A stretch of DNA of 64,000 nucleotides from the human T2T-CHM13v2.0 reference genome, Homo sapiens. The notes under the pieces are model-generated. The model saw nothing but the letters and a program-made list of their open reading frames with translations. It was not told the origin of the DNA and made no database searches. Location of the stretch: NCBI RefSeq assembly GCF_009914755.1, contig NC_060925.1. One strand, given 5' to 3'. Shown in pieces: positions 14,441 to 31,690 of the stretch (position 1 is its first letter; each line of letters opens with the position of its first letter). A program made the translations under genes and the position numbers.

Positions 14441-15351
14441 TCACTGAAGCATGATCCATAATAGAAAAAATTGATAAATTATATTTCATCAAAATTAAAA
14501 ATGTTCCTTTTCAAAAGACACAAGAAAATGAAAAGGTTAGCCATCGGTCAGGAGAAAATATTTGCCAAACATATGTCTGATCAAAGATTTGTATCCAGAA
14601 TATATAACAAACTCTTCCAATTCAAATATAAGCGCTCTTTCAAATCAATAATAGAACAAAAAGAGCGGGGTGGTGGAAGATTTGGATAGACATTTGCCGA
14701 AGAAGATATGCAAATGGAAAAAAAGATGATCACATCATTAGTCATAAAGGAAATGCAAAGTAAAACCACAATGAGCTACCTGTAACACCCACTAGAATAG
14801 CTAATATTAAAAAGACTGACAATACCAAGTGTTGTCAGGGATGTGAAGAAACCGGAACCCTCTTACATGGATGGTAGAAATGTAATATGACACAACTACT
14901 TTGGAAACCTATTTGGCAACATCTAAAAGACTAAATGTACACTTACAATACAACCCATTAATTTTACTCCTAGGCATCTACCTAAAGAGAAATGAAAATG
15001 TATGTGCACACAAAAACTTCTATTCAAATGTTCACAGCAGCATTATTTATAATTGTAAAAACTAGAAATAATCCAAATGTCTATCAGCTGGGGAATAAAC
15101 AAAATGGTCTATCAATACAATTTTTCTATTATGGATCATGCTTTGGTGATATATTTTCAGGTGTATTTTTCTAGAAATTTATAGTTTTGTTCTTATATTT
15201 AGATCTTATGCTCCATCTGGTTAATTTTTATGCATGGTATGAGGTAGTCAACAATAAGAAAGAAAACACTAATGACTTATGCACCAACATGGATCAATGA
15301 CAAAAGTATTTTCCTACTTGACACAAACTGCTACGTATTTATTCATATTAA

Positions 15352-15652
<301 letters not shown>

Positions 15653-17800
15653 TTATTCATATTAATTTTCAAAAAAATGCAAAGTTATAGCGACAAAGGA
15701 GATCTCTTGCCTGAGGCCAGGGCTGGGGGTGTGGATTGACTGCAAATGGACACGGGGAGATGGATTTGTTCTAAAATTTCATTGTGGTTATGGCTGCACA
15801 TCTGTATACATTTACTAAAATTCATCAATTGGGTGAATCTTATGTTATTAAAAGTACATCAGTAAAGTTGTTTAAACAAGGAAGAAGAAGTATGGAACTG
15901 GAAGGGCTGTACAAAACCTGTATCACAATGAGAGGCCCTCATTTGTGCCAACAGAAAGTAGCATGGGATTTCAGAGGATAGAAGTGGCAAGGTCATGGAA
16001 TACTGAGGTGTGATTAGAGTCAAAGACCCTTGAACTTTGTGTTTTTTCCTAGGATGGGCCCTTCCTGAGCTTATGCCTTTCTTTCTAATGCTTCTGTCCT
16101 GTTTTCTGTGAAATGGAAGATGTGACTAACCAGGGTTCCAAGATCATTGCTTGAAATCTCAGCATATAGAGTAAGCACCATTCTCAAAAATAAATACCAA
16201 ATAAATGGTCTTCCTTGTTACCAACCTATTAAAAAATCCAAGACCAAACTGTGCCAATCAAACCTATTATCTTACTTCATGATTCCTAAGGCTAAACAAT
16301 AACTTTTAAATCTATATTGTAATGGCTTCTGGTGATTATGCAGAATTAATATGTTAAAATGTTTTCCTAGCAGTGATAGGAATTGCATGTGTGAATCTTA
16401 TTAAAGAAACTGTCAAAGAGGACAGAATTCATACTTAGCCAGGTGTACAATGAAGACAGGAGGTCTAATGTAAAAACAATAAAAATCTCATTTCTCCAGC
16501 CAAGGCTGACCATCAGACAATTAAACCATGAACAGGAATAAAGAAGGGTGTGTTTATGTATCAAGCAGGGGATCCCCTGGAATAAATACATAATATATGG
16601 CCATAGGAACAGTACAGGTCTGCTTTTTTCAACTGGTGCTGACCCTATAACACAGTAAATAACAATAGAGTAAAACAAGGTAGAACAAAAGAAACATGGT
16701 TTTTTCTTAAGCTCCTAAGTTAAAGGTGCAGCTGCTGAATGCACATACACAGGTTCTTTTGCAAAGGGAGGCTTAAAAAAATTTACATCGGTCCCTGCCC
16801 CATCCCAGTACTCCCCGCCTCTCTTCTTGTGGTGGTCAGCACACTGACAGGCAGAGCTGAGCTAAAGGTTATTTGATGGAAGCAGAGGGATCAGTCATTC
16901 ATATATTGTCTCAATACAACACCTACTTAGTGAGCAAGCTGAGTATTCTCTGTGCACAAGACCCTGAGATCTGCATTTTGCCTGGAAGTGGTTTGCTGCT
17001 ACAGTATATCACATTTTCCATGTGTGGTTCTGTTTACAGACAAAGACTTTCCATTGTAACTTGCAATGGAGTCAAAGTCGCAATCTATGGCCCAAGGAGA
17101 GGATTTTCCCTCCTTATCTGATCTCACTGATCTCTAGGTGATGGGAAGTATGAACTTTTGCCCTGCAAGCTAACTCACTACATTGATCAGTCTCGTCACA
17201 GAGGAGCAGCCTGAGGAAGATAATGCATCCATCTACTATTCCAGTAGGCGGCGTCCTCACCTCTCCATCAGCACCATCTTTACATTGGCAGCCAGGGCTG
17301 CAGTCTCTCACCCTAATTTATACAGCAAATTAAACAGCTGAAATCCATGTCTTCGGGCGTCTGGGGCAATCTTACGGTGTCTAGAAGCAACAGATAAAAG
17401 GGTTAGTGCTTTTCTTCTGCATAAAACTGTAGTGTATAGTTCAGCCCTGGTCTTATTTTGTAGCTGAATTTAGTTTGAAGGTTGGATTCTCTTCAATGTT
17501 AGATATAATGTTGAACTTAATGCTGAATATTTTCAAAACACTAAAAGTACTAAAATTTGTCTTTAAGTTGTTTTGTTTGAATTCACATCAGTCATTTATT
17601 TGAGGGGTAGGGTATAGTGGCTAGGAGTACCAGAACCAGACTTCCCAGAATTCAAATTCTGCCTCTCTCAAACTAAGAATTTTGTGATTCTGGGCAAATT
17701 GCTCAATAGATAAGATTTTCCATCTATAAAATGGAGTTGATTATTAAATGAGTTAATATAAAAAACACTGAGCACAGTACCTGGTATATAAAACGTAATA

Positions 17801-18102
<302 letters not shown>

Positions 18103-18597
18103 TTAATAAACGTTAGTTATCACTTGAAGGTATTTAATGTTTTTTTATATGTGCATTTATGTACATACAGGATTCAAATTCCGCTTTATGATCAACAGGG
18201 AATTGGGACTATGTTACTGACTTCTGACTAATACCCGTCTAAAATTCCTTTACCCTTTCCACTTAGACGCAGCCCTCGAGTTATGCGGCCCCCATTTCCC
18301 ACCACAATAAAGATCCACCTCTCTATCCCAGGTTTTATTCCATCATATTTAAGGCTTGGATGTAATTTTTGGAACAATTGACTGCTTTATTTAGTTGGTG
18401 GGGAGAGGAGTAGGAGAGAGAAGCAAATTACAGTCAATGACAGGACCAGGGATTCTGAGCATACCTGCATGTATGCATACTAGACACTGATGTTCCAGCC
18501 AGTGAAAGGAGATATAACTTCTAAAAAACAGTATCAACTTTATTATGCTTGGAAGTAATGAGAAGAGAGGCAAGAAGCAGGCAATGGTAAGAGAAAG

Positions 18598-18977
<380 letters not shown>

Positions 18978-19520
18978 CTACTCTGTGTTAGGCGTACAGG
19001 AGTGCCATCTCATTTAATTCTCATGAGAAGATTATGAGACAGATCTACAGTCCCAAAGCAACACCCACCAGTGCCTCTCCCCCACGGAGCGGTTCATCTA
19101 ACTCACCAACCAAAAAAGGTTTGGATCTGGATTTCTGGCTCTTTGGAGAAATAAGAGATCAGGTAACAATAGGCTGGCACTGGGTGGTGGCTGCTCCACT
19201 AGATCCTCCACCTGCTCTTTAGTGCACCAGCGCCTCCCTCCTTTCTCCATGACCACAACCTCTGCCTCCCTCCTGTATGTTTCCTGCCGAGCTCCTGTGC
19301 ACATCTGAGTTTTTGACTCCCAAGGTGTGTATTATTCTCCCCTTTTATTGACGAGGACGGTAACTGAAACTCAGAGCAGTTAAGTACTTTTCCCACGGTG
19401 GCCTAACTGAAAGTAAAGGATCTAGATAGAATTGGAATTTTGGTCCATTTCATTTATATAGAATGTATTGCCCTTGGAGAGAATATATTGTAAGAAAGAG
19501 CCCGTATCTAAGAGTGCGCA

Positions 19521-19860
<340 letters not shown>

Positions 19861-20279
19861 TCAAGTTCCAGCTGCAGAGCTTGCTGAGCGTGTCTAACCT
19901 TGGGTACGTCACTCCACGTTGCTGCTCTGGCCCTCAGACAGCTCATCTGTAAAATGGGGATGACCAGGCCTACTTCACCAGCTTGTTTTGAGGACCACAG
20001 GAGATGTTTGGGAAGCCAACCGGGGAGCTCTACAACTCTCAGAGATTGCTGGTGTTAGGCCAACAGCAAGAGGAGGGCTGGCAAATTTGTGCTACCCTGA
20101 AGGAAAGTCCAGGAAGGACTGATTTGAGCCAGATCTCAAGCAAGGCCTTGAGCAAATGGGTCAACACAGGAGAGGACGGGCTGAGCCTTGTTGTGCCTGA
20201 CGGAAGAGCAAGACGGCCACAATTCAGACGCACGTGAGGGAAATCAGATGACTGGACTTGTAGATACTAACGGTTCTGA

Positions 20280-20960
20280 AGCGGGTAGGTTAGCTTTCCA
20301 ACCGCCTGGATGACGGTCTCAGCCTCCTCCCGACCCCTTCCTGCGCGTCCGCTCTTCCCCTGCGCCCGCCCGCGCCCCTCCGCCCGCGCCCCGGCCCCGC
20401 CCCAGGCCTCGCCTCCGCTTCGCCGCCGCCGCCGGCCGCAGCCAGGAGCAGCAGCCGCGCCTGCAGACCGGCCTCGCGGAGCCCGCGCGCCGAGCCCCAC
20501 GTGAGTCCGGCGGGTCGCCGCCCTGGGCACCCTCGCGACGGAAGGGCCGGGGTGGGGACACCGACGAGCGCTTTTCATCTCGTCCCAGTTACTTTGAAAC
20601 CGAAAGCGCCTGCTGGCGTCCGGCCGGTCCCCGACCGGCGGGGAGGGCGCGAGGCGGCGGCTGGGCCGGGGGAGGCGGAGGGGCCCGGGCTTGCGGGAGA
20701 CCGGCGGGGCAGGTGACCGCCGACGGCCCGGGGACAGCGGGAGCGGTGCGGAGCGGGTTTCTTAGCCGGGGAGAGGTGTGGCGAGGGCGGAGACTGGGGG
20801 TCCAAAGCTGGGGAGCTGGTCCAGAGGGCGGCTGTGGACCGGAGGGGCCAGGTTCCGTCGGGGTGCACTGGCGGGGAGGACTTTCAGGCACGTCCCGCAC
20901 ACCCGCACTGCAAACCAGGCCCTGGCCCCCTTCCGCACCCGAAGGCACCCTCTCCACCTT
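20280..20960. promoter_or_regulatory. TRAF5: TRAF5 promoter CpG island
   Basis: Very GC- and CpG-dense. GC boxes (ccccgcccc ~20395), a short (gcc)n run at ~20423-20433, and CACGTG E-boxes at 20231 and 20498. Confidence 0.93.
20430..20500 (+). other. TRAF5: TRAF5 non-coding exon 1 (5' end approximate)
   Basis: Strong donor CAC|GTGAGT at 20500/20501 inside the CpG island. Joining to 46845 gives ...GCCCCAC|A-ATG-G, a strong Kozak context. Confidence 0.85.
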
Positions 20961-23900
20961 TGCAGGGCTTTCCAATCAAAGCAACTCCAGAATGAAACTT
21001 CAGGATTGCAAGGAATGGAAGCCTCTACCAGCTGTTCGTTTGCGCGTCTTCCTTTAGAAAGCAGCTACCCCCCTCCCCCAGAAGGCGAGCTCTAAGGAAC
21101 CTTGACGCAAACCAAAGCTCCGAGAGGTGGAAGGAGTTGCCCAGAGGCACCCAGAGAATTCGCAGATTCTGAGTTCTCCGTACCAGATGGTCTCCACTTT
21201 GTTCCTGTTCTGCAGGGTCTTGGTGGTTCTGAGAATTTTCGGGGCCACGCTCTTGCTGCGGGTCCCACTGGGCCACTCTGGCTGGCCGACTTTCTCTGCT
21301 CATTCGGCCTCCTTCTGCTAAGTTTCCATATTTGGGTATTTCAGATTTACTTTCATGAGAACTCAGTTATCTCGCTGTGGCAGGCAGAGCTGCCTCAGGC
21401 GAGCATTGAGGTTGGTGAAACCAGGCGAGGCTCCCTGCCAGGGCTGCCCCTGCAGCCCCCACCCTCCATAGCCTTGGGCTCTGACCCACCTCCTGTGAGG
21501 ATAGGCATCTGGTAACCAGTTTAATTCTGTAAATATTTATTGGGCAGGTGCTGTGTGAGAACTGGGCTGGGGCCAGTGGAATATGGTTATTTCCTCCAGA
21601 GATACTTGCATTTTAAAAGGGCTCTGGAAGACCTGAGATGCAAAGAAATTAGTTGAACCATTTCTGGAAATAGAACAGTTTTGGGTGTGTGCGAGATAAT
21701 TTTAGGCAGCAAAAGGCTGGGCTAGGACCTCTCAAATCCCAGTGCAGCTGCTCTGCCTTATGTACTCACAAAGCTGAAAACAGGGGTGTTAATGTAATTG
21801 ATGGTTTGGGTGGAAACACTTCCATCCCTAACTCTAATTTGAACTAGAAAGACAGAAATTGCTGCAGGAACGATGGATGTAAGATGGAAGTGGAAAACGC
21901 CTAGCTTCTGTAAAGGTTTTTGATTTTGTTACAGTTACTGTTTTTGTTGTAACTCTATGGAATGGATCACCTCTCAGATCCCTGGCTCCTGGACAGAGGC
22001 AGGAGAAAGTGTCTGAGCCAGCATCTGGAACATGGGAAGTGATGGAGAAGGCGACTTCTCCCACGGCCTCTGGGCTGAGAGGCCTGTTGTGACGGGCAGG
22101 GTAGGATGGTGGTATTTCCCTCTGTCAGCAGCAAGCCCGCTGGACTTGGGTAGTAGGGCGATGGAAAGAGTGTGGAAAAGAGCTGCCGTCCACTGAACGT
22201 CCTGACGATAGGGACTGGGATGTTTCAGTGGGGATGATTTGCACAGTCGGGGAGCTAGATGCCTCAGAGTCAGTCTTGTTAGGCTTGCAGTGGGAAAGGC
22301 ACCTCAGTACTTAGACAAACCTCCTCTGATTAGCTCAGCTTTACTGGGGAGGACCTTGAAGGAAAAATAATTATTTGTTTGTAAAGCTCGTTCCTTTGCA
22401 AAGCATTTTCTCTTTGTTCTTGTCGTTTTGTTCTCATTTCGTCCTCCATGACGCCCTCATGAGTTAGAGCAGGCTTATTCTCTACATCTCTCAGATTGTG
22501 AGGGTGAAGCACTGAGGCGGTAAATAGCTCCCTGAGCTCCACTGCTGGACCAGGATCAGAGCATTGAGGTGTCTTGTTCCCCTGCTCCAGGCCCCTCACC
22601 CTGGCTTCTCAGAGAGCCATATCTGCCCACCTCTTCCTCCGTCTGAGGGGTCAGCAAGGGGACCCAGATTCTGATAATGCCTCTGTGGTCTGTCCCCAGC
22701 AACATGGAGCAAGTTCTGCTGGAGACTCTGGCCTAACCACCACAAGAACAGACATCCACTCTGTTAGCTCTGCCTAGCCAGGCAAACTCCGGGCAAGACC
22801 CTTGTCTGTTTTCATGTGTGTCTTGGAACCTGGCATAGAGTAGGCCTAAACAGATGTTTGCTGAATCGAATTGAATTCATTCAGGGTACGTCTCCCTTGG
22901 GGTCTGAGCTGCCAGGAACAAGTGCTGGGTAGGCTTGGCAGAGAGAGGTTGAGCTCCCAGCAGGACTTGCTTAAATCCAGAAATTAGAATAACACTGTAC
23001 AGCTTACGAGAAGCCCATCTCATCTGATTAACTTCTCACTACCTCCTCAGGAGAAGGGAGAGGCACATGCTATTCCTTCCACTTTACCTGGTTGCAAGCT
23101 GAGGCTCAGAAGTGATTTGAAAGACCTCACAGCATGTAGGGATGGGGCAGGACCTAATCCCAAGTCTTCTTTCTCCAATTCCTGTGTTTTTCCCATAGTA
23201 TCTTAATTAAAGGAAGCCAGGATTCTGGGCAGGAGGAGGATGAGAGAACCAGCGAGACAGTCATCAAAAGCTGCCTGACACCTTTGTCACTGATCAGGGG
23301 TCAGTGTCTGACTCAGTCTCTGAAGAGCTTTTTTCTGCCCAGGTTGTGGCTTTTTCTGGGATTCTGGATAGGAGTTCTAGCTCCAGCAGAGGTGTAGCAA
23401 GTGAGTATCTGTGTGTGTTGGGGCAGAGGTGAACACGCTGCAGGGCAGAGGGAGTCCTCAGAGCTGGCAGGCCTCTGCTGCTGCTGCCGCTGCCACCACC
23501 CAGGAGTGGGCCAGCATGAATTTGTTGCCTTGCCCAGAGGAAAGCTTTATTTGAAGGATCACTCAGCAGCCTTGACCCATATGGCCTCCAGCAAGTCCTA
23601 TCTTGTGAGAAAGTGGCTTGGAGGACCAGGCAGGAGATAAAAGTGAAAGTACTCATTAGTCCTGACAGAGGAACTCAGTCTGTTTACAGTGACAGTGGTG
23701 AGCACATTTTGCATATTTGTACCTGGAGGCAGGTGGTGGTGCATGCTTGGATCGTGCTGTAGCAAAAGCAGTATACATGCAAATGGTCTGTACACTGTGC
23801 AGTATCCGTGTGATGTTCAGGTCTTAGAGACCCAGTATTAAGTGACAGAGCCCAGTGAGTGCCCTCCCAGGATATCTCACTTACTTTCAGCAGAGCCCCA

Positions 23901-25280
23901 TGTCTCATTTCTTGACACCACAGGCTCCATCAACTTCCCTCCTTACCAATTCAGAACATTCCTGAATTTTTTTCCATGGCTTTTTTTTTTTTTCTCTCAA
24001 GGAGAAAGTGCTCTCCTCCAGAACAAGGCGAGAGTACCTTTTCCACGTACACTCCCAAGTCAGCTCTCTCCTCCTCCCTCTGAGGCAGGTTCCCTCCCTG
24101 CCTCCCTCCCACAGACTTCTTCCCTCCCCCACAAGCTGAGTTTTCTGTTAGTAAGAAGACTCCATGTTTCCCCAGTCCCTCTTCTCTTTCTTTCACTGAC
24201 AAGCTTCTGTAAAGAGTGGACAGCTCTTGCACTCGCTCCTCACTCGGCACCGTGCACCTGCTGCGCTGCTCTGATTGTCCTGTGTAGGTTTCCAGGACCT
24301 GGTACTCCTCAGTCACCAGCCCATACCAGCCCACGCTGCAGCTATTACTTATCTCCTTGGAGGTTGCTACACCGTCCCCACCAGCATTCCCTTCCTTGAC
24401 CTCCAGCTTCTTATCCTCCTCTGTCCTGCAAGTGCAGGTATGGGGCCAAGGCTGGGTCCTCAGGTTGGATTTCAATTCTCTGTGCTTCTCTCCTTGAGCC
24501 CTTGGCCATTCCCAAGACTTAAACCAACACTTTTAAGGAAAGGCTGATCAAATTTCCATCCCTCACCCAGTTATCTTCTTGGCCACTATGATTTGCAATA
24601 TTCAGAATCTTCACCATGATGTTTCAGAAGCACCTTAGACATTTGTCCGAGGCCGCCTCTTTCTCTCTGTTCTCTCTGTTGCAGAAATCGCTGCTGTTCC
24701 TCAGTCACCTTTATCCTGTCCCCCTCAGCCAGTCCTGATCTGTCTATTCCCAGTTCAGGGCCACAGGGACTCTTTCCTGGGCAACCTTAATTAAGCATTG
24801 ACTCATTTTCCTGCCCCAGGTCCATCTGTATTCAATTTTCCTTTTCATGCTGCTGCAGAGGGGCCTCTTTAATACATAGCCTAGTCAAAACCTTCTACTT
24901 TCAATGATGGTGTAGTAGAAACAGTGTGGACTTCAGAATCTGGTGGGCCTGGGTTCATATCTGGGTTTATGATTTGCTGGTTGTAGTTATATAATCTGAG
25001 CAAGTTGCCCAACTTCCATAGTGTCTGTATTCCCACTGGTAAATAGAAATAGTAATGTGTGCCACTTGGGGTTGCTGGAAAGATTAAATGAGTCAATATA
25101 TACACAGAGCCTGGAGTCTGGCAGATATTCAGTAAAACTGGTTTTCTCCTTCCATGTGGTTAATAGCCATAGAGCATTGTGGGGTTTCTGGGGAGCTGGA
25201 AACTGCATGCCTAGCCTAAAGGCATTCAAATTTAAATTAAAAACCAGCAGAAGAATTGCTGTGTGTCAGAGCAGGCCATC

Positions 25281-25577
25281 TTTTTTTTTTTTTGAGATGG
25301 AGTTTCACTCTTGTTGCCCAGGCTGTAGTGCAGTGGCACAGTCTCAGCTCACTGCAACCTCTGCCTCGCGGGTTCAAGTAATTCTCCTGCCTCAGCCTCC
25401 CAAGTAGCTGGGATTACAGGCATCCGCCACCACGGCCGGCTAATTTTTTGTATTTTTAGTAGAGATGGGGTTTCACCATGTTGGGCAGGCTGGTCTCAAA
25501 CTCCTGACCTCAGGTGATCTGCCTGCCTTGGCCTCCCAAAGTGCTGGGATTACAGGTGTGAGCCACTGCACCTGGGC
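25281..25577 (-). mobile_element. Alu (S-type)
   Basis: Reverse full-length Alu. Confidence 0.95.
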
Positions 25578-26776
25578 GAGTAGACCATCATTGAAACTAG
25601 CCTATTGCTGCCACTTTGCCATCTCTGGACCAGGTAGACCTCAGGGGCCAGGGTAGGGAAGCTGGGCTGGGACAGGGTATGGTGGGATAAGCTGGGATGA
25701 GTTCTTGGCAGGCAGAGGGGCCAGGCAGCCTCAGAGGCTGGGGCCCCATGGACCAGGTTTCAAGGGCAGGAGTCTAGTTTTCAGGACTTGTGGGCAGAGC
25801 AGGCGGCAGCTTTGGAGGAAGAATAGTGCTTGGCAGAGAGCCAACACAGGAAAAAATAAAACAGATTTGGGAAACAAAAATACAAGCTCTGGCTTGATCG
25901 CCAGGAGCAGACCAGTTACTTTAGCCAGATCCAATGTGAAGGCACAGCAGGATAAGGTTGACCTGATGCAAAGCCACCACCCAGAGCCCTTTCTGTTCTC
26001 CTGTACTAAGGCGGATGGCTTAGAACAGCCAGGCTGTGTTCTAAGGCTTCTGTTAGGGAGACCCTTGACCCTGGAGGATGGAGGGAGGTGGGTGGGGCTA
26101 AGCTAAGCGGCAGCCATGAAGGTCCCTCTTCTGTCTTCATGATTTTAGGATTTCTGAGGTAGAGGCTGGGTTGATATCTATGATGCAACCTAGGAAAACT
26201 TACCATGCCTCCCTGTTAAAGGCAGAATAATTTAATATAAAGCAAAGGCTTACATGCTCAGCAGATGCAGAATGAAAGAAGTGATTAAAACATTGGGTGG
26301 AGTTATTCCAGGAATAACCCACTAGGGAGTGAGGGGGTAGATAGGAGAAATGGAGGGGGAATATTGGACTTGAGCAAAGATGTTTTAAAAAGATGAAGAA
26401 CATTTTAGTCACCCTTAATGAATGGGAAGTAGATTATTTGGGAGCAGACTGATTTCCTTATGTTAAGGTGTTTTATTTCAAAAGTCAGTACTTTGGGATG
26501 TTGCCTCAAATTATCTGTATCATTCCCACAGACCTCCCTTAGAGATATTTATTGCCATGTATTAGCTGTGGACAGCCAGAGGCTAAGTTCTTTCCCCACC
26601 TCTTTGATACTAACAGTTCCCATAGGGCCTATGTATGACTAAGTGGTTCACTTTCACTTCACTTACACTGGATCTTCCTAACAAGTGGACCTCTCTAGCC
26701 CTCATCTCTTCTACCTCGTAACAGAAGTGCTAGATTTTCTCATTAATTCTGTTCAAGCCTTGTTAAATAGCTCTAG

Positions 26777-27407
<631 letters not shown>

Positions 27408-27566
27408 TAAGGAAAGGTGTAGGTCTTTCTACACCTGACTTGCCTATGCCTACCTTTTCTTACATCATTTCTCCTGCCTAGAATGCCTCCTGTTCAAAAC
27501 CATTAATCCATACCCCTGCCACTCTTTTCAAAACAAATTCAAAATTCATCTCTTGTTAGGCTTCTT

Positions 27567-28464
<898 letters not shown>

Positions 28465-30224
28465 GCTTTCCTTCATAATCTCATCTGTCCTGTCCTCCCA
28501 GTGCCTAACTATAGTTATGTTGTAGAGAAAATTGCCCTAGACAAAGAACCAGAAGACCTGGGTTTCAGCCCAGCATGGCCTCCTACTGCTGTGTGGCCCT
28601 TTGAACCCCTCAAACTCCATTTTCCTCATTGGGAAAAGAGGAATTGTAATTCTTGCTTGTAGGTCTCAATGGTGACTAAAGACCAAAGGAAATGATATAG
28701 TTGGTCATTCCTTCCATCCCCCATAATCGAGCACCTCCTTTATCTAAGGCAGTGAGTGAGCTGTGGTGAGTAAGACGTGAGTGTGACATGGTGGCTTTGA
28801 CAGCAGACAAGCCTGAATCCCTACCCAGAGTTACCAGCTGTGGTACCTCAAACACCTTGTGTCATCCCCTCAGCTTTGGGTTCCCGATCTGTAAAATATG
28901 AAGATGAATAATACAATGAGGGTCTGCAAACGTGGGCTGCTGTGTGAATTAAGTGGGACAACCTATGTACATCTCCTGCAGTATCTAGAACATTATGGCA
29001 CCCCAAGTGGCAACTGTTAATTGACTCAGATATTTGAGTGCTTGCTCTGCGTCTGCACCTTGAAAAATATAAGACACAATTCCAGCACTGCTTTCTTCGT
29101 GCTGGGGAAGACTATTATTGAACAGATAATTAATTACATAAACAATTATTTACATTCCCGGCAAGTGCTGTTAAGGAGAAGTACAGGTGGTTAAAGGGCA
29201 TGTCATAAGTGGGGGGGACCCTAACTTGATGGAGGAGGCACACAGAGGCATGGCTGCATATGTGAGGCTTCATCTGGGCTTGTATGTGTTTAGCTCAGCA
29301 AGAGGTGGGGAGAGAGGAAAAGATGTTTCCGGAAGAGACAACAGCTTGAGGAAAGGGAGACCCAGCCTTAGGGTGAAGGCTGTAAGGGGGAAAGGTTCTC
29401 TGTTCATATGAGGAGTGGCAAAAAGACCAGGAATCCAGGAGAGGTGGAGGACAGGTGGGGAGATTGGCCTAATTCAGAGGTCACCTTTGCCGCCACCCTG
29501 GCAGGGAAGGGGCAGAGCAGGGGCCCCATGCAGGGAGATTTGCAGGTGTGGTGGCAGGAAGTAGAGGTGGTCTGGTCTGATGATCTCTGTTTTTTTTTGC
29601 TGTGCAGTAAGGAAGTAGAGTTTCCTGGTGAGACTGGAGGGAGTGGTCAAGGTTTGTGGAGGAGAGAAAGGTTTAAAATCAACATTGAACAGAGTGAGCT
29701 GAGAAGGAACAGCTGGCTTTGTGCTATGTTATTGTGTTGGCATGATGAAGTCTCTGGAAAAGGACTCTGGCAAATGGGATTTTAGATCTCTAGCACCTTG
29801 TACAATGCCTGGCACCTAAATGAGGGCCCCATAAATGTTGATTGCATTGAATTATTGGCTGGCTACCTATATACATTTTTCTCAGCATTTCCCCTTTCTC
29901 AGGTGCCTGCTACCCTTGGGCTAAAGCTTCCCACTTGGCACCTCACCCAGAGGCTAGCTCACATTAGTGTGTCAGAGGGAGCGCTGCTCAGGCTTTACTC
30001 TTCCGGTCCTAGTTGGCTACACTGTCCCCTCACCCCTTACAGTGACTCCCCAACTCCTACCCCAGGTCAGCCATCATGAGCCAGCCTTGCACTCTCCAGC
30101 TGGGACTGGTAGAATTTCAGGACTTACAAACAGGTGAAATGAAAAGGTTTAGGCAGTGAGAAGCGTGCTTAGCAGGAGAGAGGCTGCTCTGCTTGCTGGA
30201 GAATAGCTGTTACAGTCGTTCTGT

Positions 30225-31690
<1,466 letters not shown>

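Noticed and set aside
20267-21515. Many overlapping ORFs in the CpG island
   Set aside because: Expected from stop-codon scarcity in GC-rich DNA. Only 20310-20504 was kept because it splices in frame to TRAF5.
23842-24475. 185-aa (+) and 174-aa (-) overlapping ORFs
   Set aside because: Pyrimidine/purine-skewed low-complexity intronic DNA with non-ATG starts and no recognisable protein features.
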